The notes beneath the pieces were generated by a model. The model saw only the letters and a list, made by a program, of their open reading frames with translations, was not told where the DNA came from and searched no databases. From an uncultured Clostridia bacterium (lineage in GTDB: Bacteria; Acidobacteriota; Aminicenantia; UBA2199): DNA of 64,000 nt. Made by a program: the position numbers and the translations under genes. The stretch covers positions 117,383 through 181,382 of the forward strand of contig CAZCVI010000002.1 of the NCBI GenBank assembly GCA_964502145.1, in the 5' to 3' direction. Position 1 is the stretch's first letter. Each line of letters opens with the position of its first letter. Positions 44,201 to 56,200 of the stretch are shown here, piece by piece.

Positions 44201-47200
44201 CCGATATGGGCCATACCCTTTACGATGTCGGAGCCGAACCCTTGGGGTTGATGTATCTCGCCTCCTATCTCCAAGAACAACTCGGCCCACACGTTCGGGT
44301 CAAAGTGTTGAAGTCGCGCATTGATTTTGATAGTTATGCCCAATTGCAAGAACAGATCACGTTGTTCCAGCCCCATTTAATTGGTCTGCGCACCCTATCC
44401 TTGTACAAGGATTTTTTTCATCGCACTGTTTCCCTGTTGCGGCAATGGGGCATTACCGCGCCTATTATTGCTGGTGGACCCTATGCCACCAGCGATTACA
44501 AACAAATGCTCCAGGACCCACACATCCATCTCGCCGTGCTGGGAGAAGGAGAAGCCACTACCCTCCATCTGGTTAAAGAGATGATGACCAAAAACAATAC
44601 CTGGCCCGCCGACGACGTATTGGAAACCATTCCCGGTCTCGCCTTTATTCGCCAATCAGAGCGAATGTTAACCACCGCCCCCCAGCGGCAGGTGCTCTTG
44701 TTGGACCAGATTTCTGGTCCATTGGCCCACTTTCCCACCACCAATCCCCAGAACGTCAATCACCCCGGTGATTTGCTATATTTGATCTCCACTTCCGGGT
44801 CTACCGGGAAACCCAAGAGCGTGATGGTCGAGCATCGCACCCTGGTTAATTTGCTGCATTTTCAATTCCATCATACAGCCATCCATTTTTCCCGTGTCTT
44901 GCAATTTGCCGCCATCGGGTTTGATGTCTCCGTGCAAGAGATTTTTTCTGCCTTACTCGCCGGTGGCACTTTATATCTTCCTGACGAAGATATGAAAAGC
45001 GATGTGCCCCGGTTGTTCCAGTTTATCCAGCAGAACCAGATCGAAATTCTGTTTCTGCCTCCTGCATTTTTGAATTTTGTTTTTTCTGACCCCGACTATA
45101 TCCCATTATTTCCCGACTGTGTGCGCCATATTATAGCTGCTGGCGAACAATTGATCGTGAACGAGGCGTTACGATTGTTCCTGAAGCAGCGGCACGTGTA
45201 TCTCCATAATCATTATGGCCCCTCTGAGACCCATGTTGTCACCACCTTGACCATGGATCCCACCCAGGAAATCCCCCATTTCCCCGGTATTGGCAGCCCC
45301 GTATCCAACACCGGCATTTATATCTTGGATAGCCAAAGCAATCTTTTGCCCCTGGGTGTTAGCGGCGAATTAAACATTGGCGGTATCCAGGTCGGGCGTG
45401 GTTATTTGGGTAATGTGGCGTTGACTGCCGAGAAGTTTGTGCCGAATCCCTTTGTCCCCGGTGATCGCTTGTATCGCACCGGTGATATGGCCCGATGGTG
45501 GTCAAATGGGAGTATTCAGTTCTTGGGACGCTTGGATTTCCAGATCAAAATCAGGGGTTTTCGTATTGAACCCGGTGAAATCGAGGGACAATTAAAAAAA
45601 CACCCGGATATTAAAGAAACAATTGTCCTGGCTCTGGCAGATAATAAGGGCGAGCTCTATCTGGTGGCTTATGTAGTGTTACAGCCGCAGACTACCATGC
45701 CCCTCTTACGGGAATTTTTATTGAACCGATTGCCGGATTATATGGTTCCCGCCCATTTTATCCCTCTGGCACGAATTCCCTTGAACGCCAGCGGGAAAGT
45801 CGACCGTCATGCGTTACCACCACCGGAAAATACACCGGGAAACGGGCATGTAGCACCACGGGACCCCATGGAAAAAAAATTGGCCGCTATCTGGTGTACC
45901 GTGTTGGGGAAAGATGTTGCCCAAGATACAGTCAGTATTGATGATAATTTTTTTCAAATGGGTGGGCACTCCTTAAAAGCCACCGCCCTCACCTCCAGGC
46001 TAGCCAAAGAGTTTCATGTTAAAGTGCCCCTCGTGGAGATTTTTAAAGAGCCCACCATCCGGGGCCTTTCCGGTTATATTGCCCATTCTATGGTGGAGCA
46101 ATACGCTGGCATAACTCCTGTAGAAGAGCAGGAATACTACCCCTTATCGTCAGCGCAGAAACGATTGCACTTTTTACAACAAATGGATAAAGCGGGAACC
46201 ACCTATCATCTGACTAGTAACTGGCTGTTGGAAGGTGTTGTCGCTAAAAACCACCTGGAACAATCGCTGCTAAAACTGCTACAACGCCATGAGAGTTTAC
46301 GCACTTCCTTTGATATCATAGCCGAAGAACCCGTGCAAATCATCCACCCGAAATTAGCATTTGTTATTGAAGATGAACATGCTACCATGGATTCTTTCCT
46401 GCGTCCATTTGCATTATCACATGCCCCGTTGCTGCGCGTCGGATTGGTAAAAATAGCAGCCGAAAAGTTTCTCTTACTCGTGGATATGCATCATATTATT
46501 TCCGATGGGTTGTCCATGGATATTCTGAGCCGTGAATTCACCGCTCTTTTGGCAGGCGTAGAACTCCCCCCATTACGTCTCCAATACAAGGATTATGCCG
46601 CGTGGCAGAGTTCTGAAAAAGAGAGCCCCCACTTCCGTCAACAAGAATTATTTTGGCAGCAAGAGTTTAGCGGCGCCATACCCGTGCTCGATTTGCCCGT
46701 TGATTATAGCAGACCACCCGTTCAAAGTTTCGCCGGGGCATCACTTCCTTTTGCCCTATCTCGTGATAGCGTTGTTTCCTTGCAAGCCATAGCAGTAGAA
46801 GCCAGTGCCACAATGTACATGGTGCTGCTCACATGTTATACTATCTTTTTAGCTAAAATGAGCAACCAGGAAGATATTGTCATTGGCACACCCATTGCCG
46901 GTCGCAGGCATGCAGACCTGGAGAAAATTATCGGGATGTTTGTCAACACATTGGTGTTGCGGAACTATCCGGTAGCGGAGAAAAAATTCAGCGATTTCCT
47001 GGCTGAGGTCAAAGAGAGAACATTAAAAGCATTTGAAAACCAGGAGTACCCGTATGAAGATTTGGTAGACAAAGTCACGATCACCCGTGACGTCTGTCGC
47101 AATCCCTTATTTGATACCATGTTTGTATTGCAAAATGCCACCCCACCACCCGTGGACATTCCCGGCTTAAAAATAGCGCCCGTGCCGCAGGAAAACAAAA

Positions 47201-50200
47201 CCGCCAAATTTGATCTGACTCTAACAGCAGTGGAAACCCCGGAAAAAATAGAATTGAACTTCGAGTACTGTACTAAATTATTTAAAAAGGAATCCATCCA
47301 CCGGTTTATCACCTATTTTACCAATATCATCGACTCCGTTCTGGCAGACCCCTTCATTGTCTTGGGTCAGATTCCCCTGCTCTCCCCAGCACAACGAGAG
47401 CAACTGCTGGTGGAGATCAACGCACCCGCCATCCGCTATCCTAATTTCAAGACCATTCAGGGTTTATTCGCCGAGCAGGTCAAAAAAACGCCGGATCGGC
47501 CAGCACTAACCGGTATCAGGTATGATCAAGCAGAAACTCACCTGACTTACCGGCAATTGGACCAGCTTTCCCGACAGTTGGCCCACCAGTTAACGGGTAG
47601 GGGATTGGGTCCTAACAAGCGAGCAGCCATAATGGTAGGCCGAAACGTGGAAATGATTATTGCCATTCTTGGAATTATTCAGGCCGGGGCCGCGTATGTT
47701 CCCTTGGACCCCCAGGCCCCTGTCGAACGATTGCACTATGTATTGGCTGATTGTGGCGCAGAATTATTATTAACCTTCCGCCCATTGGCTGCACGATTGG
47801 CTCCCGCCATAGATACACTTTACCTGGAAGAGTTTACCACCCTCCCTGCCACCCCTCCCGATGCCGTTCTCTCCGGTCATCCTGATGATCTCGCCTATAT
47901 TATATATACATCCGGCTCAACCGGTAGGCCCAAAGGTGTTCCTATTTGCCACCGCAATGTATCGCCCTTATTGTTTTGGGGGTATCGGTACTTAGGGATT
48001 TGTCGTCTAGATCGTGTTATCCAGAGTCCCTCCTATTATTTCGACTGGTCTGTCTGGGAGATATTTATTACCCTTACCAGCGGGGCCCATTTGGTAATGA
48101 TTAGCGAGGAGCTTGTACTTGATCCCCCGGCGTTGGTGGAATTTATCCGGCAGCACGCCATTACCACCCTGCACATCACCCCCACCCAGTTAAGTTATCT
48201 CGTGAATAGCAGACGCCCTATGCTCTCGTTGCACCATCTCTGTATTGGCGCCGAGAAATTAACCTATGATCTTGTAGCCCGTGCTCTTCCCCTGCTTGCA
48301 ACCGATTGCCGGATTTACAATATGTACGGTCCCACCGAAGCCACCATCATTTCCGCTGTGGCCGAGATTGACCGTGAGCAAATTCCGTTCTATCTCAAAC
48401 TGCCCAGTATCCCTATTGGTCACACCATCGCCAATACCACCCTGTTCGTATTGGATCATTCTATGAACCCCTGTCCCATCCATGTTGTTGGTGAACTGTA
48501 CATTGCCGGGGATGCCTTGGCCCGTGGTTATCTCAATGATCCAGAAAAGACCGTAGCCAGTTTCGTCACCAATCCCTTTGCCGAGATTTGCGGTCCCTAC
48601 CTCTACAAAACCGGTGATCGCGTTCGTCGCCTGGAGGATGGCAGCATTCTCTTTTTAGGTCGCGCCGATGATCAGGTAAAAATACGCGGCTATCGCATCG
48701 AGTTGGGGGAAATTGAGAACTGGCTGCTACACTATCCACACGTCAAAGATGCTCTCGTGCTGGTCAAAGCGGATCATCTACAGGAGAAATATTTATGTGC
48801 CTATGTGGCGTGTCCCATTGAATTGGATACCGCCGAATTAAGGGATTTCCTCGCCGCCAGACTTCCCGCCTATATGATCCCCGCCCATTTTATCACGCTT
48901 GAACATATGCCCCTCAACCCCAATGGCAAAGTCGATAAAAAACGCCTGCCCCTCCCTGAAATGCAAACAAGCCCACAAGTCGTCGCCCCCAAAAACGATC
49001 TGGAAAAAACCATCCTCTCTATCTGGCAAGACGTACTTGGACTCGACCACGTAGGCACCACGGATAATTATTTTGAACGGGGTGGCAATTCCATGAATAT
49101 CGTTAAAGTCAGTCACCGTTTAAAAAGTGTATTGAACCGCGATATCCCCGTGATGGACCTGTTCCGTTACCCCACCATCAAAACCCTGGCCGCTTACCTC
49201 AACCAGAGCCCCGGCCATGTCCCTTTCACCCCGTCGGAGATAGGGGAGTCCCTCCTACTTAATCAACCCGAAATACCCCGACATGAGAGTGTTTCTACCA
49301 CTCCCGCGATTGCCGTGATTGGTATGGCCGGAAGGTTGCCCGGTGCGAACACTATTTCCGCATTCTGGAACAATCTCAAGCATGGTGTCGAATCCATTGC
49401 TTTTTTCTCCCCCGCAGAATTCGCAGACAACGGGGGTGATCCCCGGTCCGTGAACCTGCCCAATTATGTTAAAACCCGCTGTGACTTGCAAGATATCCAG
49501 TATTTTGACAGTTCATTTTTTGGGTACACCCCCGTGGAAGCCGAAATAATAGACCCCCAGATGCGCCTATTTCATGAATGTGTCTGGGAAGCTTTTGAAG
49601 ATGCCGGTTATGAGTCCGGTTCTTATGCCGGTCGTATCGGGCTTTATTCCGGTGGGGAATCCAGTTCTTTCTGGGAAACATTAACCTCTTTATCCCAGAT
49701 TGGTCAGTTGATGAATCCCTTGATTCTGGGCAATTTAAATAATAAAGATTACCTCAGTTCCCGTATTGCCTATAAATTTAATTTACGCGGGCCATCCGTC
49801 ACCATGAACACCGCTTGTTCCACCTCACTTGTCGCCATTCATTTTGCTGTTCAGGGTTTGCTCAACCGCGAGTGTGAGATCGCCCTGGCCGGTGGCGTGC
49901 GGGTCATGCTGCCCGGAAAAACCGGCTATCTCTATCAAGAGGGTATGATTCAATCCCCAGATGGTCATTGCCGTGCCTTTGATGCCAGGGCCAATGGCAC
50001 CGTGGGTGGCGATGGCGTCGGTGTTGTAGTCTTAAAAACTCTGGCACGGGCCCAGGTGGATGGCGATCATATTTATGCTGTCATCAAAGGTTCTGCCATT
50101 AATAATGATGGTATTGGCAAAGTAGGTTACCATGCCCCCAGCATCAATGGTCAGGCTGCCGCCATTCGCGCCGCGTGTGCCAATGCTGCCATTGATCCCG

Positions 50201-53200
50201 GTAGTATCGGTTATATTGAAACCCATGGGACCGGCACCCAGTTGGGGGACACCGTGGAGATAGAGGCATTAAAACTCGTTTTTAACGCCCTCGTCTTGCC
50301 CCAGCATAAAAATACCTGCGCTATCGGGTCAGTCAAAACCAATTTTGGTCACCTGGGCAGTGCCGCCGGGGTGGCTGGATTCATTAAGACCGTATTGACC
50401 TTAAAACACCGCCTCATTCCACCCAGCTTGCACTTTGAACGCCCCAACCCGAAGATTGATTTTGAAAACAGCCCCTTTTACGTCAACACCCAATTAACCC
50501 CGTGGCCCTCCACCCTTCTTCCCGCGCGGGCCAGTGTCAGTTCCTTTGGCATAGGCGGCACCAACGCCCATATTATTTTGGAAGCCGTGGCCCCTACCAG
50601 CCCCGCATTCCCCGCCAGCGCCCGTCCCGATCAATTGCTATTATTATCCGCCCGCACCCCCGCTGCCCTGCACACCATGTCCGTCAATCTGCTGGAGTAT
50701 TTAAAAGAAAACCCGGTGCTTTCCCTGGCCGATGTGGCCTACACCTTGCAAGTGGGCAGAAAGCGTATGGCAATCAGGAGAAAGCTGGTATGTTCCACTT
50801 CCGCCCAGGTGATTGACCAGCTTGCTGCTTCCGGGCCCGCCCATGTCGGCGCTTACACCGCCTTGGTCGCCGATGAAGATAGGAAAGTTATATTTATGTT
50901 CCCTGGTCTTGGTGCGCAGCACGTTAATATGGGGCGCGGGCTTTATCACACCGAACCCATCTTCCGCGATGTGATGGACCGTTGTTTTGCTATATTAAAA
51001 GACCTGTACCCCGTGGACATAAAAGAAATTCTGTACCCTGCCGGGGAAATCTCGCCGGCATCAAACAGCCAATTCCACTCCTTTGAAGTCGAGCAACTCG
51101 TGTTGTTTGTGTTTGAATATGCCTTGGCCAGACTCATTTTGTCGTGGGGCATTCAGCCCCATGCCATGATCGGTTACAGTTTTGGCGAGTATGTGGCCGC
51201 CTGTTTAGCCGGGGTGTTTCGCTTGCAGGATATCTTAAAGTTGCTGGTCGTCCGTGGGCGGCTCATTTCCCAGCTTCCCGCCGGTGCCATGTTAAGTGTT
51301 CCCCTGCCAGTGGAAGCCGTGCAGCCTTTTCTTCCCGCCGAATTATCCATCGCCATAGACAACCGTTCCTCCTGCGTAGTTTCCGGGCCCGCCCAGGCCG
51401 TGGCTTCCTTTGCTCAGCAGATGAAAGCCAAGAAGCTCTTGTGTCCGCCCTTTGAATCCCCCTTTGCCGCGCATTCGTCGCAGTTGGACCCCATATTGGC
51501 GGAGTTTCACAAGGAAGTCGCTACAATTTCCCTCCAGACCCCGCAAATACCCTATATTTCAACCTGTACTGGCACATGGATCACTGTTGCCGACGCGCAG
51601 TCCCCAGAGTATTGGGTCAAACAACTCAGGTCCACCGTTTATTTTGTCCGCGGTATTCATCAGATTATAGAAGGGGTCTCCCCGGTATTTCTAGAAATGG
51701 GCCCCGGACGCGACATGAGTGCCCTGGTGAACCGTGAGATCACCGCTAAAACCGGCATACAGACCATGAACCTCCTCCGTCATCGCGGTTCCTTAAAAGA
51801 GCGCACCGATGAAGATTACTTGCTGGATAAAATCGGTCGCTTATGGTTGTATGGCGTGAATATAGACTGGCAAGCCTATCATTCCGGCCAGAGACGAAGT
51901 CGTCTCTCATTGCCTACCTATCCCTTTGAGAAAAAGCGGGCCTGGAAAATTATGGAAAATTATCACGCCGGTCAATATTCCTATCTACCCGGCGCCCCCG
52001 GTGCGCCAGAGAGTTCGCACCCGGCCCAAGGAACACCTCTGGCAGAAACACCGGGTGATCATTGGACACAAGAGCCCCCCCATCTCGAATGGAATGCTAG
52101 GCCGCAACTTTCCACCTCATATGTCGCTCCCCGCGATGAGGTGCAACAAGTCCTGCTTGATATCTGGCAGCATTTTTTTGGTATTCAAGAGATCGGTATC
52201 ACCGATGATTTTTTTGAATTGGGTGGCGATTCATTAAAAGCCACCACCCTGTTATCCACCCTGCACAAGGAAGCCAATATACTCGTCCCCCTCACTTATT
52301 TCTTCGATAATCCTACCATTGAAAAAATCGCCGCTTATGCCATAACCAGTGAAAATGACGCAGACCCAGGCGAAAAAGAGTTCCATGCCATCCAACTTTT
52401 GGAACAGAAAGAGTATTACCCCCTCTCTTCCGCGCAAAAGCGCATGACCTTTTTTCAGCAGTTGGACCAGACCAGTATCGGATACAACCTGGTGCTGGCA
52501 AACACCATCCAGGGCAATCTGGATACCCTAAAACTGGCCGCCATATTCACCAAACTAAGCGCACGGCACGAGATTTTGCGTACCTCTATTGAAGAGATAC
52601 AGGGTGAAACCGTCCAAAGAATTCATCCACATATTGCTGCCACACTGATCACCGGTCATGGAGAGTCCCCCGAAGTATTTATCGCCCAGTTCATCCGTCC
52701 CTTTGATTTAGCCCGTGCCCCCCTCATGCGGGTCGGGTTGTTGTCTATGGCCGAGCAGCAGTATTTATTAATCGTCGACATGCATCATATCATCTCTGAT
52801 GGCACGTCATTGGCCGTATTGATCGGAGAGTTTTTGGCTCTGTATCAGGAAAAAGAGTTGCCTGTTCTGTTGTTGCAGTATAAAGATTACGCTGTCTGGC
52901 AGAACCAGGAAATGGCCGGTGGGTTGTTTGTTTCGCAGCGGGATTACTGGATAAAGACATTTGCCGGTGAAGTTCCCGTGCTTGAATTGCCTTATGATTG
53001 TATCAGGCCGTTGGATCGCACCTATGCTGGCGATCTGTTGGCCTTTGAAATTGATCGTGCAGAGACTTCGGCGTTAAATCATTTCGCCAGTCAGCAGGGG
53101 GTCACATTGTACATGGTGTTGCTCTGCTTAACCACTATCCTTTTAGCCAAGTTAAGTGGTCAGGAAACCGTGGTCGTAGGAACTCCCATTGCCGGTCGTA

Positions 53201-56200
53201 CCCATGCGGACCTGGGCCGGATTATCGGCATGTTTGTCAATACCCTGGCCATGAAGAATGAACCCAATGGCCAAAAAACTATCCAGGAATTTTTAAAGGA
53301 AGTCAAAGAAAACACCTTGAGTGCTTTTGCCAACCAGAACTACCAGTATGAAGAACTGGTCGAGCACCTGCCCATAGATCGCAGTCTAGGCCATAACCCC
53401 TTGTTTGACACCCTGTTGGTCTTGCAAAACATGGCTCTGCCCAATATCAATATTCCCGAATTGACCTTAACACCCTATCCGTATCATACCGGTTTGGTAA
53501 ATTTTGATTTGACTTTCCTGTGTGTTGAAACCCCAGCTACCCTCTCGTTCACCCTTGAATACAGTACAGAACTCTTTAAAAAAGAAACCGCCCAACGCTT
53601 TATCGGTTTTTTCAAAAAGATATTAACCACCGTATTGGCGCACCCCGAAGGAAAAATATCCCAGATCGAGATAATATCCCAGCCAGAAAAAACCCAGATT
53701 TTATATGATTTCAACAACACCACCGTTACATACCCGGCCAACCAAACCCTTCCCCAATTATTTTCCGACCAAGCCGCACGAACCCCAGACCATATCGCCA
53801 TTATTGGTCCCACCCTGGCTCTAACCCACTGCCAATTAACCTACTCCCAATTAAACGAAGCATCCAATCGCCTCGCCCATTGGTTACTTTCCACTGGCGT
53901 CCGTCCCAATACCATCGTCGCCATCATGATCGAACGTTCCATTGAATTGATCATCGGCATTATCGGCATATTAGAATCCGGTGCCGCCTATCTTCCCATC
54001 GATCCCCAATACCCCGAGGAGCGAAAACAATATATACTAGCAGACAGCAATACAACCCTCATCCTAACCCAACACTCCATCCAACAAGCCATTCCCATCA
54101 CTCCCATCACTCCCAACACTCCCATAATTCCCATACTTCCCATCACTCCCATAAATCTCGCCTATATCATCTACACTTCCGGTTCCACCGGCAGACCCAA
54201 GGGCGTCATGGTAGACCATCACAGCATCGCCAACACCTTGTATTACCGCTGCCAGGAATATCGTATCGTGCCCAGTGATCGTGTACTCCAATTGTTTTCC
54301 TTTGCTTTTGATGGATTTCTCACCTCTTGTTTTACCCCCCTGCTTTCTGGCGCATCTGTCGTGCAGTTAAGCCAGGAGGACATAAAAGATATCTTCCGTA
54401 TCAAAGAGATGATTGTCGCCCAACGAATCACCCACTTTATCGCTGTCCCGTCCCTGTACCGCTCTTTATTGGAAGTCGCCACTGCCCTTGAGTTATCCCA
54501 CCTAAAAATCGTAACCCTTGCCGGTGAGCAGGTGCCCCCCGACCTCGTGGTAAAAAGTAAGTCTTTAAACCCCTTGTTGGAATTGGTCAATGAGTACGGT
54601 CCCACCGAGAGCAGTGTCCTGACCTCCATACACAGAAACCTCGAACCCGGTGCCATTATTTCCATCGGTAAACCCATAGCCAATACCCGGATTTATATTC
54701 TTGATCAAGATGATCATGTTGCCCCCATCGGGTTACCCGGTCAACTCGTTATATCTGGTCTTGGTTTGGCCCGCGGGTATCTCAATAATCCCCAACTCAC
54801 CGCCGCTACATTTTTCTCTTTAGCCCATTCAGCCACCTTCGCCACCCTCTCACCAAAACTCTATAAGAGCGGTGATTTGGCCCGCTGGTTGCCAGATGGA
54901 AACATAGAGTTCCTCGGTCGCATTGATCAGCAGGTTAAAATCCGTGGCTTCCGTATTGAATTGGGCGAGATCGAAAACCAACTGCTTCGCCATCCCCAGA
55001 TCAAAGAGGCAGTAGTGGATGTTAGAACCGAAAACAGCGGCGATCACTATTTATGCGCTTATATTGTCACCCAGGGCGAATGGGACATCTCCCAGGCAAG
55101 AGAATATCTGGCCAAGACCTTACCCGATTACATGATTCCCGCGCATTTTGTCGCCTTGGAGAAAATCCCCTTGTCCCCCACTGGCAAGATTCTACGTTCA
55201 GCCTTACCCCAACCGCAATTAAAAAGCGCGGCCCAGTACGTGCCCCCCCGCAATGACATAGAACAACAATTGGTAGAGATATGGACCGAGATTTTGGGCA
55301 GTGATCCATTGTTTGCCTCTTTTTTACATCCCTCTATAGGCATTGATGATAACTTTTTCCATCTCGGTGGGCACTCCTTAAAAGCCATGACCATGGTCAC
55401 CAAGCTCCATAAAGCCCTAAATGTTAAAGTGCCCTTGGTGGAAGTCTTTAAAACCTTGACCATCAGGAAACTGGCCGCCTATATTTTAGGTTTAAAAAAA
55501 GAGTTATACACCGCCATCCAACCCGCTGAAACCAGAGAGTATTATGACTTATCCTCTGCCCAGCGCCGGTTTTATATCTTGCAGCAAATGGAGCTGGACA
55601 GTTTTGCCTACAACAATTTTTCCGTCATGGTTTTGGACGGATTATTTGATAAAGAGAAATTTGGCCACGCGTTAAACCAATTGATCGCCAGACATGACAG
55701 TTTAAGAACCTCTTTTGAATTAATCGGAGGTGAACCTTTCCAAAAGATACATCAACAAGTAGTCGCGGAAATCGCTTATTTTGATTTCACCCCTCCCGGA
55801 AAAAGTCAGCTCTTAGAATCCACCATCCAACATTTTAACCGTCCTTTTGATTTATCTCATGCCCCCTTGCTCAGGTTCGGCATTATTCTCGTGGAGCAGC
55901 AAAAATCCTTGTTGCTGTTAAGCCTCCACCATATCATCAGTGACGGCACATCCATCGGCACCTTTATGAACGAGTTAATTTATTTATACCTGGGCCGAGA
56001 ACTCCCACCCCTGCGATTGCAATATCACGATTTCTCCCAGTGGCAAAAAAACCTCCTGGTTTCCGGGGCATTAAAGACCCAGGAAGAATACTGGTTAAAA
56101 GTTTTTGCCGGGGAACTGCCCGTTCTTGAAATGCCCACCGATTACCCCAGACCAGCCGTGCAAAGTTTTGCCGGTCACAGTATCGATTTCTTTCTGGAGG

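Noticed and set aside
38071-48950. Substrate calls for A domains 1 and 3, from the hand-extracted codes DADNIGHVEK and DWWHCGMIIK.
   Set aside because: The codes match no signature I can recall with confidence, and hand alignment of positions 278/299/301 is error-prone. Both are left unassigned.
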